Assembly: GCA_044222475.1 (NCBI GenBank)
Contig: JBGANF010000007.1
Span: 63,005-127,004, forward strand
From: Polyangiaceae bacterium
GTDB taxonomy: Bacteria > Myxococcota_A > Polyangia > Polyangiales > Polyangiaceae
Reading direction: 5' to 3'
Length of the DNA: 64,000 nt
The translations under genes were made by a program, and so were the position numbers. The notes beneath the pieces were generated by a model. That model saw only the letters and a program-made list of their open reading frames with translations. It was not told the DNA's origin and searched no databases. This document shows positions 20,701-29,601 of the stretch, in pieces. Numbering within the stretch: the first letter of the stretch is position 1; each line of letters starts with the position of its first letter.

Positions 20701-20844
20701 GCGGCGGCGCTGTTCTCGCTGCCGGCCCTCCCCGCCCTCCTCTGGTTCGTCGCGCGCACCGAGGTCGAGGAGATGGGGGTGGACTCGATCACGGGGGAGC
20801 GCCTTCGCCCGAGCGACGCGCCGCCGCCCATCTCGCACCGCTGA
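17698..20844 (+). CDS. CzcA/CusA-family RND efflux transporter
   Basis: LPIDAVPDVTNVQVQV, GPISTGLGEI, NVMSLGSVDFG, EGKMFRP, GAEVQRPLATVV. Confidence 0.95.
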   Translation: MSGVVRWAADNALVVVLMALTIVLGGAFAASRLPIDAVPDVTNVQVQVVTRVPALSAGEVETQITQPIERTMAGVPNLREIRSITKMGISIVTLVFTDDVNVYFARTLVNERLTSVRDQIPPEIGKPELGPISTGLGEIYMFELRPVVEETRSNEELRTIIEWQIAPKLRQVPGVIDVVGFGGSLKQYRVILDPERLRASAVSVEEVKTALQKDNAVTGGGYIERNGEAVVLRGDARFRSLEDIGATVIRIDDRGAPITVAQLGEVDTGAALRQGAMTRDGRGEIVGASVWMLKDSNSRKVVADVKTALDELKPKLPANLVVEPYYDRAEFIDRVVGTVLHNLVEGAVLVVVCLLLTLGSIRAGFIVAGAIPFAMLVAMIGLNALGISGNVMSLGSVDFGIVVEGAVVVIEHALTHMGPPGSRRRRKEALVSAMSGVARPVVFSVVIVTLVFLPLVTLEDVEGKMFRPVVFSLVFMLIGALFYALVIIPAIMPLVFLKTSQPKTPLLVRWMERVYRPTLDFVLKRPRSSVLASYAAAAILLAIGSTIGAEFLPRIFEGAFALDARRPPSVGLEEAINLGDETEETLKEFPEVKTVVNRIGRPEGAVDPQGMEGSDVFVILKPKSEWRRGMTVERLTEEMDQALDARVPATIHSFSQPIEMRVNDLIAGVKSDLAIKVFGYDLAEMTIVAKQIKDIVSAVPGAQDVKMEIATGLPSIRVAVRRDRAGRLAVSPRSILDLVEMSRAGQVVGEVRENERIFDLVMKLGNAQMAEEPDLSRLPVMTYQGNLVPLSAVADVNEENTVVQISRERMKRRLVVESNIRGRDLVGFVTDAQQRVDAQVKPPPGIELVWGGQFQNFNRAKTRLTLLVPVALAIIAVLLVMTFRSMKYMAVTMLNLPFAVAGGAFALWLRGLPFSIPAGVGFIALSGVSVMTGVVMTTNLMAIPKTVNAVERVRRAAMQSLRPVASTAIVAAIGFVPMAIATGPGAEVQRPLATVVIFGLIAAALFSLPALPALLWFVARTEVEEMGVDSITGERLRPSDAPPPISHR

Positions 20845-20979
20845 CGCTCACCGACGAAAAATTGGGCCTCCGCGATGAGCCGGGCTCTCTCTGTTGGGGA
20901 AGGCAAAACCCACCGCGAAGACTGGGCCGAGGCTAACACCCGGTCTCCACGCCGTTCCTTACGAGTCCGTCAGACATCC

Positions 20980-21936
20980 TCAGGGTGAGACCCGAGCGAG
21001 TCGCGGCTTCTCCGCATCGTCCGGGAAGATGGTCCGCACCAGGCGGAAGCCGCTCGGGCTCCACGGCGGGAGGCCCGAGCGCGCCGCGGAGCGCAAGCCC
21101 GCCGCAGTCGTAGCGATGCTCCCGCCTCGCGTGACCGCGAGGTCCGTCGCGGCCGTCGGCAGCGCCCACGGGTCGATGCGCGGCATGCGACGATACCAGG
21201 TGCCGTCGAGGCCTTCGCCGACCCACTCCGCCGCGTTGCCGGACGTGTCGTAAAGGCCCCACGCGTTGGGAGCTTTCTGCCCTGGTGGATGCAGCCGTCC
21301 GTCGGCGTTGGCGCAGTACCATCCGACGCGATCCGCGATCAGATCGGGGTGACAGTCGGAGTCACTCTGCCGACTGACGTCGCCGGCATGGAGTGCTCCG
21401 TGCGTGCCGGCGCGCGCCGCGTGCTCCCACTCGACCTCGGTCGGGAGGCGTGCTCCTCGACAGTCGTAGAGGTTCGCGAACCGGGAGCGCACCGCGCAGC
21501 GCGTCGCGGTGCAGTCGGCGATGTCGTAGCAAGCGTCCCAACCGTTGGCGCGCGAGACGCTGTTCGCGAAGCGTAGCGCTTCCCAATACGTGAGGCTGAC
21601 GTCGGCGCACTCGTCGCAGTCGACGCCGACGATTCTCCGCACGGGAAACCCTTGCCCGGCGACGTCGGCGTGGACGACCTCGAACTGCATCATCCAGAAG
21701 TCGTGGGTGAGCACGACCGGTGTCGCCGGCTCGATCCCTACCGCCCGCCCATGCTCGTCCTCGGGCGATCCGACGATGTCGCTCCCGGCGGGGATCCTGC
21801 ACCACCCGTCTTCGCAGCGTGCGGGCGCGACGAGCACCGGTCGTGCGGGGGGTGAGCACTGCGACGCGCCGTGCCACCCCGCGACGACGCCGAGCCCCGC
21901 GAGCACGAACACGCGGGCTCTAGTGAACGATCCCAT
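20980..21936 (-). CDS. Secreted FGE-sulfatase (SUMF1)-domain protein
   Basis: RLPTEVEWEHAARAG, PNAWGLYDTSGNAAEW, RGGS, GFRL. Confidence 0.9.
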   Translation of the reverse strand: MGSFTRARVFVLAGLGVVAGWHGASQCSPPARPVLVAPARCEDGWCRIPAGSDIVGSPEDEHGRAVGIEPATPVVLTHDFWMMQFEVVHADVAGQGFPVRRIVGVDCDECADVSLTYWEALRFANSVSRANGWDACYDIADCTATRCAVRSRFANLYDCRGARLPTEVEWEHAARAGTHGALHAGDVSRQSDSDCHPDLIADRVGWYCANADGRLHPPGQKAPNAWGLYDTSGNAAEWVGEGLDGTWYRRMPRIDPWALPTAATDLAVTRGGSIATTAAGLRSAARSGLPPWSPSGFRLVRTIFPDDAEKPRLARVSP

Positions 21937-23929
21937 GGCTCGCCGCGTCGGCCATGAATTTCGCGAACTTCGGGTTCACCGAACAAGGGAGCTCGCCGTG
22001 CGCCGTCAGAGCCGCGCAGTACGCGTCGGCGAGGGACGACGCAGGCTGCGCGGCTCCGCGATTCACCTCGGGCAGGCGGTTGAAGTAGACGTCCTGCAGC
22101 GCGCAGCGGGTGGTCGGCGCGCCGGTGCACGCCCGCATGAACGACTCGGCGAGAAAGGGCATCGTGAGCGCGTCCGCGCCGCGAGTGACGTCGTAGAAGA
22201 ACGTAAGCCAATCGAGCTCCGTCCCCCCGTAGTCCTGCTCGGTGCTGCAGTGCGTCTCGAGCCAGCGCGGGGTCCCGGTGCAACTCACGTTCTGCGGCGG
22301 GGGCAGACCGTCGACGGTGGTCTTGTAGTACGCGAACGAGCAGTCGCCCTGCCGCGGGTCGTTGAACGTTCGCGCGGCGATGAAGTGGCCGAACGCTTCG
22401 TTCATCGCGAACGACTGCGCCTGACGCGACGTGAGGCAATGCGTCACGTTGCCGCTCTTGACGTGATCGCAGCGGCACGCTTCGTCTTGAACGCCATCCT
22501 GACCGGGTACCCAATACGTCACGCCGAACGCTGCCTCGCCGATGAGGTGGCCGATCTCGTGGGCGACGATGTACTTGTACTGCGAGTTGTGCTCATCCGG
22601 ATTGAGCAGGTTCGTGGACGTGTCGAGCACGTACCCGAGCCGCACCCGGCCCGCGCCCGCGCACGCCTCGGTCTGAACGCCGTTGGCGTCGGTCGCCCAT
22701 GCGTCCGGGCACCCGGTGTTCGCGTGGATGCGGGCGACGAATCCGGGGGGCAGCATGTCGTCGTTGGCGAGAATCGGGCCGGCGACCGCGGCCGCTCTCG
22801 TCGCCATGTCCTCGACGGCGGGCGTCAGCGTCACCAGCTCGGGTGTCGCGTGGCTTCCGCCGCTGGTCGTGGCGAGATCGAGCGCTTCGACGACGACGAG
22901 CGGGGTCGGAGAGCTCTCCGAGTACGTGATGAGGGCGCTCGTCCCTCCGGAGTCCGGCTTGACGAGATCCGTCGTCGCCAGGACGGTGAACTTGTCGGAG
23001 CGATTCAAGCTGAGGGTGGGCGTGCATCCATGGTCGTCGAGCACGCCGTTCCACACGATGCGAGGGGCGAGCTCGTCGGTCATGATCGTCGACGTCGCGT
23101 AGATCGCGGGGCCGTCAGTACCGGTCAGAACGTCGTCCGACAGGCCGTTCGAAGTTTGATTGTCGATGAAGAGCGCTCGCCATCGGAGGCAGATGCGGTA
23201 CCAGGGCGCTCGGGCTGGAGCTCGATACCCGCTCGAGAAGGTGGACGCGAGCTCGTGATAGTCGGTCGCCCACTGCCCGCGAAGCGCGTGGCTGACTCCA
23301 TCTCGCCCGTTGGCCGACAGCTTCGTCACGTCGACGAACGTCGAGCCGGTCCACACCGCGCCGACCGGCGCGCTCAGCCGGTGGAATGCGGGGTGGGTCG
23401 CGGCGAGCCACGCCGACCGACTCGCGCTCCGCGGCGGCTGCGCCCGGTCGAGGTCCGAGCCGAGGTCGCCGTGCAGAGTCACGGTCGAGTACGTCGAGTC
23501 CCACTCGGCGCTCTGGTGTGGGCCATCGATGGTGACCCCGGCGCGGGCTCGCAGCCAGAACGTCGTCTCGCTGCCGACGCTTCGGATGGGAACGTCCGAG
23601 AGCGTCAGCGAGACGGTGCTCGAGCCGCGCGCCGGCACCCGAACGGTGGTCATCGGCCGGACGACCATTCGACCGTCGAGGCCGAGGGCAACCACGTCGA
23701 CGGCGACATCGCGCGACGAGCCGGAGTGGTTCGTCACGGTGCCGGTGAGCGTTGCGGAAGGCTCGAACCGCCCGAGCTTCATCCCGTCGGTCCAGGAGAC
23801 GGTCACTGGGGCGAAGCCGGCAGACTCACCCGCCGTCCGCGCCGGCACCGCGCCCCATGCGGCGCCTTCGACGGCGGCGATCGCAACGAGCACTCTCGGG
23901 AGGTTTCGGAGGCGCTCGTGGTGGAGCAC
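21920..23929 (-). CDS. Large secreted protein with gluzincin-type zinc-peptidase motif
   Basis: IVAHEIGH followed downstream by AMNEAFGHF; Cys-rich C-terminus. Confidence 0.7.
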   Translation of the reverse strand: MLHHERLRNLPRVLVAIAAVEGAAWGAVPARTAGESAGFAPVTVSWTDGMKLGRFEPSATLTGTVTNHSGSSRDVAVDVVALGLDGRMVVRPMTTVRVPARGSSTVSLTLSDVPIRSVGSETTFWLRARAGVTIDGPHQSAEWDSTYSTVTLHGDLGSDLDRAQPPRSASRSAWLAATHPAFHRLSAPVGAVWTGSTFVDVTKLSANGRDGVSHALRGQWATDYHELASTFSSGYRAPARAPWYRICLRWRALFIDNQTSNGLSDDVLTGTDGPAIYATSTIMTDELAPRIVWNGVLDDHGCTPTLSLNRSDKFTVLATTDLVKPDSGGTSALITYSESSPTPLVVVEALDLATTSGGSHATPELVTLTPAVEDMATRAAAVAGPILANDDMLPPGFVARIHANTGCPDAWATDANGVQTEACAGAGRVRLGYVLDTSTNLLNPDEHNSQYKYIVAHEIGHLIGEAAFGVTYWVPGQDGVQDEACRCDHVKSGNVTHCLTSRQAQSFAMNEAFGHFIAARTFNDPRQGDCSFAYYKTTVDGLPPPQNVSCTGTPRWLETHCSTEQDYGGTELDWLTFFYDVTRGADALTMPFLAESFMRACTGAPTTRCALQDVYFNRLPEVNRGAAQPASSLADAYCAALTAHGELPCSVNPKFAKFMADAASHGIVH

Positions 23930-24036
23930 TCCACGACGGTCCCATGGAACGCGCGGGCACGAAGATGATCTTCGCGTAAGGTTCGTCGCGCCCGCCGGTC
24001 CTGGTACCCTGCTCGCGCGATGGGGACGACTGGGCG

Positions 24037-25272
24037 TTGACGATCTTCGAGAGCTTCGGGCTGCTCCTCGCCATCGCGGCGGCGTTCGCCTACGTCAATC
24101 AGCGGTGGCTCAAGCTCCCGACGACGATGGGGCTGATGGCGCTCGCGCTCGTCGCGGCGACCCTCCTTCTCCTCTTCGATCGGTTGGGCCTTTGGCCGCT
24201 CAAATCCACGGCCTCCCACATCCTCGATCGCTTCGCGTTCGGCGACACGCTCCTGCACGGGATGCTCGGGGTGATGCTCTTCGCGGGCGCGCTGCACGTC
24301 GACCTGAACGATCTTCGTCGAGAACGCGTCGCCATCACGGTCCTCTCGGTCGGAAGCACTGCCATCTCCACCGCGGCCATCAGCGGCCTCGCCTACGTCG
24401 GATTGCCGTGGGTCGGGAGCCCACTGCCGTTCGGCTACTGCCTTCTGTTCGGAGCGATCATCGCCCCCACCGATCCCATCGGCGTGCTCGGCGTGCTCCG
24501 TCAGGCGCGCGTCCCCAAGAGCCTCGAGACACAGATCGCGGGAGAGTCGTTGTTCAACGACGGCGTCGGGGTCGTGTTGTTCCTCGGCGTGCTCGGAGTG
24601 CTCTCGCGCGGCGGCGGCGTCACCGTCTCCGAGGTCCTCGTGATCTTCGCCCGCCAAGCGCTGGGGGGCGTGGTCTTCGGTCTCGCGGGCGGCTACGCCG
24701 CGTACCGACTGCTCAAGAGCATCGACCACTACCAGACCGAGCTCCTCATCACCCTCGCGCTGGTGCTCGGCGGGTACGCGTTCGCGGAGCGCCTCGACAT
24801 CTCCGCGCCGCTCGCGGCGGTCACCTCCGGGCTGCTCATCGGGAACCACGGACGCTCGCTCGCGATGTCGGACGTCACGCGCGAGCACCTGGACAAGTTC
24901 TGGTCTCTCGTCGACGAGATCCTCAACGCGATCCTCTTCGTGCTCGTCGGTTTCGAGCTGATTCGACTGTCGCTGACCGGCCGCGCGGTCCTCGCCGGTG
25001 CGCTGATGGTTCCCGTCGTCCTCGTCGCCCGTCTCGCGAGCGTCGCCGGTCCTCTCATCGGCCTTCGTCGGTGGGTCGCGTTCGCTCCCGGGGCGATCCC
25101 CATTCTCACGTGGGCGGGGCTTCGCGGTGGAATGTCGGTCGCCCTCGCGCTGTCGATCCCCGACTCGTCGGAGCGCTCGCTGATCGTCGCCATGACCTAC
25201 GTCGTCGTCGTGTTCTCGGTGCTCGGGCAAGGGCTCACGTTGCGCGCCGTCGTTCGACGTTTCTCCGCTTGA
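24037..25272 (+). CDS. nhaP: CPA1/NhaP-family Na+(Li+)/H+ antiporter
   Basis: LFAGALH, IIAPTDPIGV, IAGESLFNDGVGVV, WAGLRGGMSVALAL; highly hydrophobic. Confidence 0.92.
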   Translation: MTIFESFGLLLAIAAAFAYVNQRWLKLPTTMGLMALALVAATLLLLFDRLGLWPLKSTASHILDRFAFGDTLLHGMLGVMLFAGALHVDLNDLRRERVAITVLSVGSTAISTAAISGLAYVGLPWVGSPLPFGYCLLFGAIIAPTDPIGVLGVLRQARVPKSLETQIAGESLFNDGVGVVLFLGVLGVLSRGGGVTVSEVLVIFARQALGGVVFGLAGGYAAYRLLKSIDHYQTELLITLALVLGGYAFAERLDISAPLAAVTSGLLIGNHGRSLAMSDVTREHLDKFWSLVDEILNAILFVLVGFELIRLSLTGRAVLAGALMVPVVLVARLASVAGPLIGLRRWVAFAPGAIPILTWAGLRGGMSVALALSIPDSSERSLIVAMTYVVVVFSVLGQGLTLRAVVRRFSA

Positions 25273-25300
25273 TGCGCCGACCACCGAGCGCGGCATCTGC

Positions 25301-25329
25301 GTGACAAGTCCTCCCGCCGAAGGTAGATT
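25301..25329 (+). promoter_or_regulatory. Putative sigma70-type promoter
   Basis: GTGACA (25301-25306), 17-bp spacer, TAGATT (25324-25329); predicted start falls at the 5' end of the RNA motif. Confidence 0.55.
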
Positions 25330-25333
25330 TGCC

Positions 25334-25390
25334 AGTGGGTGTCGTCGGCCGTCCTGCCGGCGACAGGTTCGGAGTGGTCGGGCCGCCACT
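25334..25390 (+). ncRNA. nhaA-I-like (Li+/Na+) riboswitch aptamer
   Basis: P1 AGUGG/CCACU, 10-bp hairpin UGUCGUCGGC/GCCGGCGACA, blocks GGGUG...CAGG...GGUCGGGCCGCC match the nhaA-I consensus as I recall it; adjacent to a Na+/H+ antiporter. Confidence 0.7.
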
Positions 25391-25490
25391 CGTCACCGGA
25401 GACGGTGCACGAGCAGCCGATGGCCGAACACGAGCGACGACCCACCTTTCCCACCTCGACCAACACCGCGGTCCACCCGCAGGAGTCGGC

Positions 25491-26156
25491 GTGAACCTCC
25501 TCGTCATCGAGGACGACCCGTCGCTCGCCGATCTGCTCGGCCGCGTCCTTCGAGAGGAAGGCCACGCCGCGCTTCTCGTCGGGGATCTCGCGTCGGGGCT
25601 CGCGGCGAGTCGCGACTCGAAGTTCGACGTGGTCGTGCTCGACTGGATGCTCCCCGACGGAGACGGTCTGACCTTCGCGACGGCGCTTCGCACTCGCGGC
25701 GACGCGACGCCGATCTTGATGCTCACCGCCCGCGCCGAGGTCAGGGACAAGGTCGGCGGGTTCAGCGCCGGAGTCGACGACTACCTCACGAAACCCTTCG
25801 AGGTGGAGGAGCTCCTCGCGCGCCTCCACGCGTTGGTTCGGCGTAGCGGGTGGGTGACCCACCTCGAAGCGGGCGCGCTCGTCTTCGATCAGCTCCAACG
25901 GCGCTGTCGCTTGCGAGACGTGCCGATCGATCTCACCGCGCGGGAGTACGAGCTCCTCGTCCGTCTCGCGCTCGCTCGCGACGCGACCGTGAGCCGAGCC
26001 GACCTCCTCGCCGACGTCTGGAAGCTCGACTTCGACCCTGGCTCCGGTGTCCTCGAGGTCCAGATCAGTCGTATCCGCGAGAAGCTCGGCGGCGACTCGT
26101 GGCGAATCGAGACGGTGCGCGGCGTCGGCTATCGCTTGCGAAGCGAGGGCGCGTGA
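25491..26156 (+). CDS. OmpR-family response regulator
   Basis: AGGAG then GTG 25491; LVIEDD, LDWMLPDGDG, DDYLTKPF, IETVRGVGY. Confidence 0.95.
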   Translation: MNLLVIEDDPSLADLLGRVLREEGHAALLVGDLASGLAASRDSKFDVVVLDWMLPDGDGLTFATALRTRGDATPILMLTARAEVRDKVGGFSAGVDDYLTKPFEVEELLARLHALVRRSGWVTHLEAGALVFDQLQRRCRLRDVPIDLTAREYELLVRLALARDATVSRADLLADVWKLDFDPGSGVLEVQISRIREKLGGDSWRIETVRGVGYRLRSEGA

Positions 26157-27529
26157 AGCTCCGCTTGCGCCTCGCCCTCACGATCGCGGTCACGACCGCG
26201 CTCACCCTGGGAGCCGCGTTCGCCGCAGTGTTCTGGACGTACACCGGGGTCCTCGAGCGCCGCCTCGACGAAAGCCTCCTCGCGGTGGCGGGGAGCGAAG
26301 CCGCCGAGGCTCCGGCCAACGGGTTTCGCTTCTCGACTCGCCCCGGTCCCGCAGCGAGCGACGTCGGCCCCCTCGAGACGTACGGCGTGATCTACGACGA
26401 GAGCGGGGCCATCCTCGCGAGCACCGAGCCGTTCACCACCGCGCCACCAGCCCGCGCCGACGTCGAGCGCCCCCCAGGTGCGCCGTTCGACCTTCATTTC
26501 GGCAAGCAAAACCTCCGCGTCGTCGTCGTTCGGGTCCCGTCGAGCCCGGGCAGGCTCGTTCTCCTGGCGATGCCACGCGACGAGATCGACGGAGACGCGC
26601 GCTCGCTGCTGCGCGGGATGCTCCTCGCCCTCGCCGTCGCCCTCCCGTGGGCCTCGTTCGTGGCGTATTGGATCGGCGGTCGACTCACCCGCGATCACGC
26701 CGCCATCGCCAAGGTCGCCCGAGCGGTCGCGCGGGGGGACCTCAGCGTCCGCGTGTCGAGCCGGTCGCCCGACGCCGAGGTCGCGCAGCTCGCCCGAGAC
26801 ATCGACGAGATGGTCGACCAGCTCACCGAGTCGATGACGTCGCAAGAGCGTTTCGTCGCGAACGCCGCCCACGAGCTCCGCACACCCTTGACCGCGCTCT
26901 ATGCGGAGCTCCAACAGGCCCTTCGGCGGGAGCGAAGCGCGCCGGAGTATCGCGCCGCGATCACGCAGGCACTCGAAGAGACGAAGCGACTTCGAGCGGT
27001 GGCGGACGATCTTCTGGTGATCGCAGGGGCTCGACACGACGCCGCGTTCGCGCCGGAGCGGAGACCGATCGACGCCCCTCTGAACGAGGCGCGCGAGATC
27101 GTCGAAAAAGCAGCGACCGAGCGCGCAGTGCAGTTCGCCCAGTCGGGCAGTACGGACGTCTTCGTCGAGGAGCGCAACCGCGACTTGACGCGACTCTTCC
27201 GCAACTTGTTCGAGAACGCAGTGCGGCACTCTCCCGATGGCGGTGTCGTGCGCGTCCACGTCGCCGCCGGGGAGCGGCTCCGCGTCTCGGTGTGCGACGA
27301 CGGCGACGGCATCGTCGATGCGGATCGCCCCTATCTCTTCGAGCCCTTCTTTCGCGGGCATCGCGCCAAGCGCGATCGAGGGACGGGTCTCGGGCTCGCC
27401 ATCGCACGCGAGATCGCTCGCGCTCACGGCGGCGACGTCGTCCTGGATGGTGAGGCGCAGAACGGCGGCGCCGCATTCGTGGTCGAGCTTCCGCTCGTAG
27501 CCGAGACCGCCGCGACCCCCGAAGCGTGA
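26153..27529 (+). CDS. Sensor histidine kinase (2 TM, HAMP, HisKA, HATPase)
   Basis: GTGA overlap; NAAHELRTPL, NLFENAVRH, DDGDGI, GTGLGLAI. Confidence 0.95.
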   Translation: MKLRLRLALTIAVTTALTLGAAFAAVFWTYTGVLERRLDESLLAVAGSEAAEAPANGFRFSTRPGPAASDVGPLETYGVIYDESGAILASTEPFTTAPPARADVERPPGAPFDLHFGKQNLRVVVVRVPSSPGRLVLLAMPRDEIDGDARSLLRGMLLALAVALPWASFVAYWIGGRLTRDHAAIAKVARAVARGDLSVRVSSRSPDAEVAQLARDIDEMVDQLTESMTSQERFVANAAHELRTPLTALYAELQQALRRERSAPEYRAAITQALEETKRLRAVADDLLVIAGARHDAAFAPERRPIDAPLNEAREIVEKAATERAVQFAQSGSTDVFVEERNRDLTRLFRNLFENAVRHSPDGGVVRVHVAAGERLRVSVCDDGDGIVDADRPYLFEPFFRGHRAKRDRGTGLGLAIAREIARAHGGDVVLDGEAQNGGAAFVVELPLVAETAATPEA

Positions 27530-27534
27530 GGCGC

Positions 27535-29439
27535 TCAGTCGGTCGGCGTCGATGCGTCGGTCTGCTCGAAGCGACCTTGCTCTCGGCCTAGGTAGGCGAG
27601 GCGCGAGCGGAGGCGCTTGACCTCTCCGCGATGCTTGGCGCCGACGTCCGTCTGCTCGAGCGGGTCGGTGGTCACGTCGAACAGCCCGCACCCGGCAGAC
27701 GACCGCTCGCAGACGAGGCGATACGGACCCTCGGCGACCATCTCGTACTCGTCGGCCTCGACCCAGGCGATGCCGCGCTCGTCGATGATGCTGCCGGACA
27801 GAACGGCACCGAGATCACGCCCGCGAACGGTGGACGACCGTGGACCCCCGAGCGCGGCAACGATGGTGGGGAAGAGATCGACGGTCTGCGATGCGAGCAT
27901 GAGCTCCCGGCCCGCCTCGACACCCGGGCCGACGACGACCAGCGGCACGCGCACCTGCTCCTCGTACGTGGTGGTTCCGTGGAACTGTCCACCGTGATCG
28001 TCGAACTCCTCACCGTGATCGGCGGTCACGATCACGACCGCGTTGGGTCGTGCCTCGCGCATGGCGCGAACGACCTCGTCAATGCCGTCGTCGGTGGCGG
28101 CGATCTCGCCGTCGTAGAGATCGATCTCCTCGTCGCCGAAGTCGTGATCCGCGTGGCGTTCGTAGGGCTCGTGGGGCTCGAAGAAGTGGACCCACACGAA
28201 CGTCGGCTGGTCAGGCGCCGCCGTCGACAAGTAGGAGCGGACCTCGTCCGCACGAGCGATGGGGTCGGCGAACGCTTCGACGTGGAAGGCGAAGTCGAGC
28301 GACCGTTCGTAGAAGCCTTCGAAGCGCTCCGTGTCGACGTACCACACCGCTGGCGGGTAGAACGCCGCCGTCTGGTAGCCGAGCCGACCCGTCTGAAGGG
28401 CGAGTGTCTCCGAGTCCGCGCCGAGGCCACTCAGGAGAAGCGGGTGGATGAACTTGCCCGTCATCAACGAGACGAGCGAGTGCGACGTGTGCGGTATCGG
28501 GCAGTAGGCATGGAGAAAGGTCGTGCCCTCGCGCGCGAGCGCGTCGAGGTGCGGGCTCGTCGCGCGTGCGTAGCCATAGGCGCCGAGGTGGTCGGCGCGG
28601 AGCGCGTCGACCGTGATGAGGAGTACGTCCCGACCGGACCAATCGAGCGCCCGCGCGACGGGCGGAGCGCCGACGTCTTCCGCGGGCGCCGCGGGAAGAA
28701 TCGGCTCGGGCGGAACGATCGCCATGGCGAGACGCACCGCTCTCCCCGTCCACGGAGCGTGCTCGACGAGCGTGACGCGCAGGTGTTCGTGCTGGTGCAT
28801 CGCGCGCGCGCACGAAGGCGCACGGAGAAGCGAGAAGATGCCGAGCGCCCAGCCAGCGAGCCAGCCCCTGGCGAGCCGGCGTTCTTCGATTGCAGCGCTG
28901 AACCCGCACGCCGCGAGGGAGGACGCGAAGAGCGCTAGATGGACGGCAGGGTACGTGCGGCGCAACAGAAACGCGTCCCCGCACCATGCCGCGAGCGCGC
29001 CCACCGCGAGAAGCGTCGAAGCCCCACGCAGGCGAATCGCGCGAGGCAACACGTGACCGGCAACGGCGCCAGCGACCGCGATCGCCGCCACCACCGGCGC
29101 GCGGAGCGAAAGTGCTCCGAAGTGTCGACCCTGAGTCACGCCGAGCGCGAACGCGAACGCGGCGGCGGCACCAATGGCAGCGAGCAGTCGACGTGAGCGG
29201 CGCTCCGCCAGGGCATACAGGCCGCTGATCACGCACGCGGCAGGAACGGCTGCGGCGAGAAAGATCGGAGCCGCCTCGGTTCGGGCCGGACTCAGGTCGT
29301 CCGCGTCGACGAAGTACTTTCCGAGGGCCACGCCGAGAACGCAATGCTCCAGCGCAAGCGCGACGGCGACCCCGAAAAGGACGACGCCGATTCGCGTGGC
29401 AGCTGCCTGAATGCGCGGGAGGGAGTCGCGGCGCCCCAC
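27535..29439 (-). CDS. Membrane-anchored sulfatase-like hydrolase/transferase
   Basis: N-terminal TMs; LITVDALRADHL, HFFEPHEPY, TADHGEEF..HG; lacks CxPxR. Confidence 0.88.
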   Translation of the reverse strand: MGRRDSLPRIQAAATRIGVVLFGVAVALALEHCVLGVALGKYFVDADDLSPARTEAAPIFLAAAVPAACVISGLYALAERRSRRLLAAIGAAAAFAFALGVTQGRHFGALSLRAPVVAAIAVAGAVAGHVLPRAIRLRGASTLLAVGALAAWCGDAFLLRRTYPAVHLALFASSLAACGFSAAIEERRLARGWLAGWALGIFSLLRAPSCARAMHQHEHLRVTLVEHAPWTGRAVRLAMAIVPPEPILPAAPAEDVGAPPVARALDWSGRDVLLITVDALRADHLGAYGYARATSPHLDALAREGTTFLHAYCPIPHTSHSLVSLMTGKFIHPLLLSGLGADSETLALQTGRLGYQTAAFYPPAVWYVDTERFEGFYERSLDFAFHVEAFADPIARADEVRSYLSTAAPDQPTFVWVHFFEPHEPYERHADHDFGDEEIDLYDGEIAATDDGIDEVVRAMREARPNAVVIVTADHGEEFDDHGGQFHGTTTYEEQVRVPLVVVGPGVEAGRELMLASQTVDLFPTIVAALGGPRSSTVRGRDLGAVLSGSIIDERGIAWVEADEYEMVAEGPYRLVCERSSAGCGLFDVTTDPLEQTDVGAKHRGEVKRLRSRLAYLGREQGRFEQTDASTPTD

Positions 29440-29601
29440 CCTGCGGTGTGTACCGCACGACTCGGATCACAACCTTACGTTCGCGTAAGCCCCTTCCGGC
29501 GGCGACCCCCCGCGTCATCGGAGGCGCTGGATTTTCTGCGAGTTCATGGGCCGAACCACCTAGGCGACGTCGGCGAGAAGTTCCGGTAGTCTCCCCCCAC
29601 G

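Noticed and set aside
20895..20960. GGCAAAACCCA-CCGCGAAG-ACTGGG resembling a c-di-GMP-I riboswitch
   Set aside because: The GACGCAAAGCC-like segment is missing and no same-strand gene follows
20980..29439. FGE-domain protein as maturase for the sulfatase-like gene
   Set aside because: The sulfatase-like protein lacks CxPxR, the FGE-fold protein lacks an evident catalytic Cys pair near RGGS, and the genes are not adjacent
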